Source of the DNA: a virus
Direction: 5' to 3' (one strand)
Length of the DNA: 64,000 nucleotides
Virus record (IMG/VR): IMGVR_UViG_3300025085_002722
Coordinates: 32,001 to 96,000 of that record
How positions within the stretch are numbered: the first letter of the stretch is position 1; each line of letters opens with the position of its first letter. Both the position numbers and the translations under genes were made by a program. Below are positions 61,134 through 64,000 of the stretch, one piece after another. A model generated the notes under the pieces. The model searched no databases. It was not told the DNA's origin and saw only the letters and a program-made list of their open reading frames with translations.

Positions 61134-62735
61134 ATGTTATTTGGTATTCTAACATTAATTACTGCACTGGCTATTGCCGGTGTTGCCGCATGGTTTTCCA
61201 TTGTCGGCTTAATGCTACTATTTAGTGGTATGCCCCTGAGTATAGCCGTAATGGCTGGCACATTAGAAGTAGGTAAACTCCTAACTGCTAGTTGGCTGTA
61301 CAGATACTGGAACGAAACCAGCATAATGTTGCGTACCTACCTCACGACCGCAGTTGTTGTCTTAATGATTGTTACCAGCATAGGTATTTTTGGATATTTG
61401 AGTAAAGCCGCTTCTGATCAAGCAGGAGATATAGGCGATGCTGTAGCAGTAGTTGAAAGAATCGACGCTCAAATAGATAGAGAAGAAAACAAAATTGCAT
61501 TAATTGAAGATAGAATACTAGGCATAGGCGGTAGTGTTGATATTAGTGCCAGCATAGAAGCACAAGAAGATATTAGAGACGGTGCTTGGGCAAGAGTACA
61601 AGGCGATATAGATTACAACCAAGAGCAGATCGAGAACGTTAGAGAACAACTCAAAGTAGACATTGCTCAACAAGATAGTAGATTAGCAGAATTAGACAAA
61701 GCAGTAAATGAACTTAGAGCAAAAGGTGTAGAAGTTGTTACACTAGATGAGGGCGGAGCATTTAGAAGTGCTGAAACCGAAAAGATAGATTACATCGCAC
61801 AGGCAAATGAACTTAGGGCAAGCCAACAAGCAGAACGTGATGAAATAAAAGCAGAAAAACAAAGTTTACGTGATACAGCAACAGCAGATATAAATGTATT
61901 CCAAACTGCTATTGACAATTATAGACAACAAGCACAAGACGATATAAACGGTGCTAACGCAGAAATAAACAGATTGCGTAATCAAAGTTCAACACAGGCA
62001 GATGATAACATAAACAAGATAAATGCTTTTAACGAGGACATCGACGCCATTTACGCCAACATAGTAACACTTAAAGACGAGAAATTTGACGCAGAAAGCA
62101 AGATAAGAAACTTAGACAGAGAAGTTGGGCCAATCAAATACTTGGCACAATTAATTTACGGCAGTGAAGAAAGAGATGTATTAGATCAGGCAATACGTTT
62201 ATTCATATTAATGTTAGTGTTTGTGTTTGATCCACTAGCAGTTATGTTAGTTATTGCGGCTAACCAAACATTATTACGTTATGGTATTAACTTAGAAAGC
62301 AGTGGACCACCAATGCCGCCTAAGGAACCAGAGCCAGAGCCAGAAGTAGAAGTAGAAGAAATAACAGACAAGGATTACGAGTTGCCACGAGACCCAGAAG
62401 GCGACCCAGGTAGTTTCTTTGATAAACCAAGTGCAGTAGATGATGCCGCTGATGTAATGAGCGGGTACGATGGAAGAGACAAAACATTTTTTGAAAGTAT
62501 AAACGAACCTATTGTAAACATAGACAATCAAAAAACAGAAGACATAGTAAATCAAATTGAGAAAACTGAAAAACTAGAAGACGACCTTAACAAAATATTA
62601 GGCGGCAAGACAAAAGCACAATTAATGCAGATGGCATTAGATGGTGGAATAGAATTACCTGCACAATTAAGCAAAGCAGAAATGGTTGCAAACGTTATAC
62701 AAAATTACGACAGTATCACCAAAAAAAAAATTTAA
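61134..62735 (+). CDS. Membrane protein with N-terminal TM helices, long coiled coil and further TM segment
   Basis: Hydrophobic N-terminus with LEVGKL; VFDPLAV TM; start set by ATAAATA-N5-ATG. Confidence 0.8.
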   Translation: MLFGILTLITALAIAGVAAWFSIVGLMLLFSGMPLSIAVMAGTLEVGKLLTASWLYRYWNETSIMLRTYLTTAVVVLMIVTSIGIFGYLSKAASDQAGDIGDAVAVVERIDAQIDREENKIALIEDRILGIGGSVDISASIEAQEDIRDGAWARVQGDIDYNQEQIENVREQLKVDIAQQDSRLAELDKAVNELRAKGVEVVTLDEGGAFRSAETEKIDYIAQANELRASQQAERDEIKAEKQSLRDTATADINVFQTAIDNYRQQAQDDINGANAEINRLRNQSSTQADDNINKINAFNEDIDAIYANIVTLKDEKFDAESKIRNLDREVGPIKYLAQLIYGSEERDVLDQAIRLFILMLVFVFDPLAVMLVIAANQTLLRYGINLESSGPPMPPKEPEPEPEVEVEEITDKDYELPRDPEGDPGSFFDKPSAVDDAADVMSGYDGRDKTFFESINEPIVNIDNQKTEDIVNQIEKTEKLEDDLNKILGGKTKAQLMQMALDGGIELPAQLSKAEMVANVIQNYDSITKKKI

Positions 62736-63244
62736 AAATAGACAAACTAGAAACTGAATTAAAAGATTCAGAATATAGGTATCAAAAGCAATTAGACGAA
62801 TTAAACGATAAGTACAATAGAACACTAGAAAGTCTCGAAGATGCCAAGAATTCGCTTGACATAAAACCAAAAGAAGTTATAATAGAAAAAGAAATCATTA
62901 AGGAAGTAATTAAGGAGGTTCCTGTTGAGGTCGAGAAAATTGTCGAAGTTGAACGCAAGGTCGAGGTCCCAAAGGAGGTTGTGGTCACTCGCGAAGTCGA
63001 AGTCCCAGGACCCGAGCGTATTGTTGAGGTCCCCGGACCAGAACGAATCGTGGAACGAATCGTGGAAGTCGAAGTCCCCGGACCAGAAAGAATAGTCGAA
63101 AAGATTGTCGAAGTACCAGTAGAATCTAAACCCAAACCCAAAGTACCCAACAGTTGGACATTTACTCCAAAGAAAGATCTGCCAGTAGATAACGCAGATA
63201 ATCCTACAGATAGTAAATACTACATTAAGAAACCTAAAAGTTAA
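62721..63244 (+). CDS. Probable -1 frame extension of the membrane protein (coiled coil plus EV-rich repeats)
   Basis: Open frame [14 protein letters not shown]... begins at the A10 run with no start codon until an internal GTG at 62981. Confidence 0.65.
62993..63120 (+). repeat. Coding repeats EVPGPERIV (x3) within a KEV/VEV-rich tract
   Basis: Protein-level repeats with synonymous divergence. Confidence 0.8.
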
Positions 63245-64000
63245 TGACAGACGACAACAACACAGATAAAAGTTCACTATCTTGTAATTTTTGTGGTAAG
63301 CACAGGAACGAAGTTAATAAACTTGTAGCAGGTCCAGATGTTTACATTTGCAACGAATGTATAGAATTATCATACAAAATCATAGACGATGAGTTCACCG
63401 AAGAAGATCTGCAATTAGATAATATTGCCGACCCTAAAGAGATACGTGAATACTTGGACAAATATATTACTGGTCAAGATTATGCTAAAAAAGTTTTAAG
63501 TGTAAGTGCATACAATCATTACAAACGGATTGAGTCACCTGTAGTAGATGATGTTGAAATAGAAAAAAGCAATATACTTATGCTAGGACCATCTGGTGTT
63601 GGTAAAACATTACTTGCAAAAACATTATCTAAAAAACTAAAAGTGCCATTTACAATAGCAGATGCTACAACACTAACTGAAGCAGGTTATGTTGGTGAAG
63701 ATGCAGAAAGTGTACTAGAACGTTTAATACAAGCCGCTAATGGAGATATAACATTAGCAGAAAAAGGCATAGTGTTTATAGACGAAGTTGATAAAAAGGC
63801 CCGTAGCAGTGAATCTAACACGTCTACACGTGATGTTAGTGGCGAGGGTGTGCAACAAGCACTCTTAAGATTAATAGAGGGCACAACAACGTATATTAAT
63901 GTTGGTTCCAATAAATTATCAAGTGAAAAAATTGAATTCAGTACTGAAAACATTCTGTTCATATTGGGCGGTGCATTTGTTGGATTAGATAAAGTGATTA
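63244..64000 (+). CDS. clpX: ATP-dependent Clp protease ATPase ClpX (3'-truncated by the window edge)
   Basis: Translated by hand: CNFCGK...VYICNEC zinc finger, [46 protein letters not shown]. Confidence 0.96.
   Translation, partial: MTDDNNTDKSSLSCNFCGKHRNEVNKLVAGPDVYICNECIELSYKIIDDEFTEEDLQLDNIADPKEIREYLDKYITGQDYAKKVLSVSAYNHYKRIESPVVDDVEIEKSNILMLGPSGVGKTLLAKTLSKKLKVPFTIADATTLTEAGYVGEDAESVLERLIQAANGDITLAEKGIVFIDEVDKKARSSESNTSTRDVSGEGVQQALLRLIEGTTTYINVGSNKLSSEKIEFSTENILFILGGAFVGLDKVI

Noticed and set aside
459-63962. Numerous short antisense or nested ORFs in the track (e.g. 459..836, 20043..20444, 62782..63150, 63687..63962)
   Set aside because: They are shadows of well-supported genes on the opposite strand or frame, with no motifs or expression signals.
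1-64000. CRISPR array or long non-coding repeat array
   Set aside because: No regularly spaced direct repeats were seen; intergenic gaps are short and the repeats found are coding.
1-64000. Stop-codon reassignment (alternative genetic code)
   Set aside because: Conserved genes are full length in the standard code, and TAA, TAG and TGA all end genes at expected positions.

Overview
AT-rich (roughly one third GC, estimated by eye), densely coding 64 kb segment of a large T4-like (jumbo) myophage genome, standard genetic code, probably infecting a proteobacterium (class Ia nrdAB, FdxA-type ferredoxin, sigma70 promoters; host is an inference). It carries replication genes (primase, DnaB/gp41 helicase, exonuclease, nrdA/nrdB, glutaredoxin, UvsE), virion and probable internal-head proteins, a PAAR protein, ClpX, tRNA-Thr(UGU), translation-related genes (bL33-like, peptide deformylase, ArfA-like candidate) and many tailoring enzymes (glycosyltransferases, methyltransferases, 2OG-Fe(II) oxygenases, radical SAM, GNAT, S8 peptidase, GH6 cellulase, QueD). 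The most striking patterns are: (1) 13 genes with a T4-type late promoter core ATAAATA exactly 5 nt before the start codon, implying leaderless late mRNAs; (2) a family of proteins with a shared capsid-targeting-like N-terminus whose enzyme domains and short basic modules are delimited by [ILVN]-x-E sites, suggesting protease-processed virion cargo polyproteins; (3) two A9/A10 runs directly before stop codons that join start-less -1 frames; (4) a pseudoknot-forming intergenic element after queD. All functional calls come from motif recognition, not database searches.
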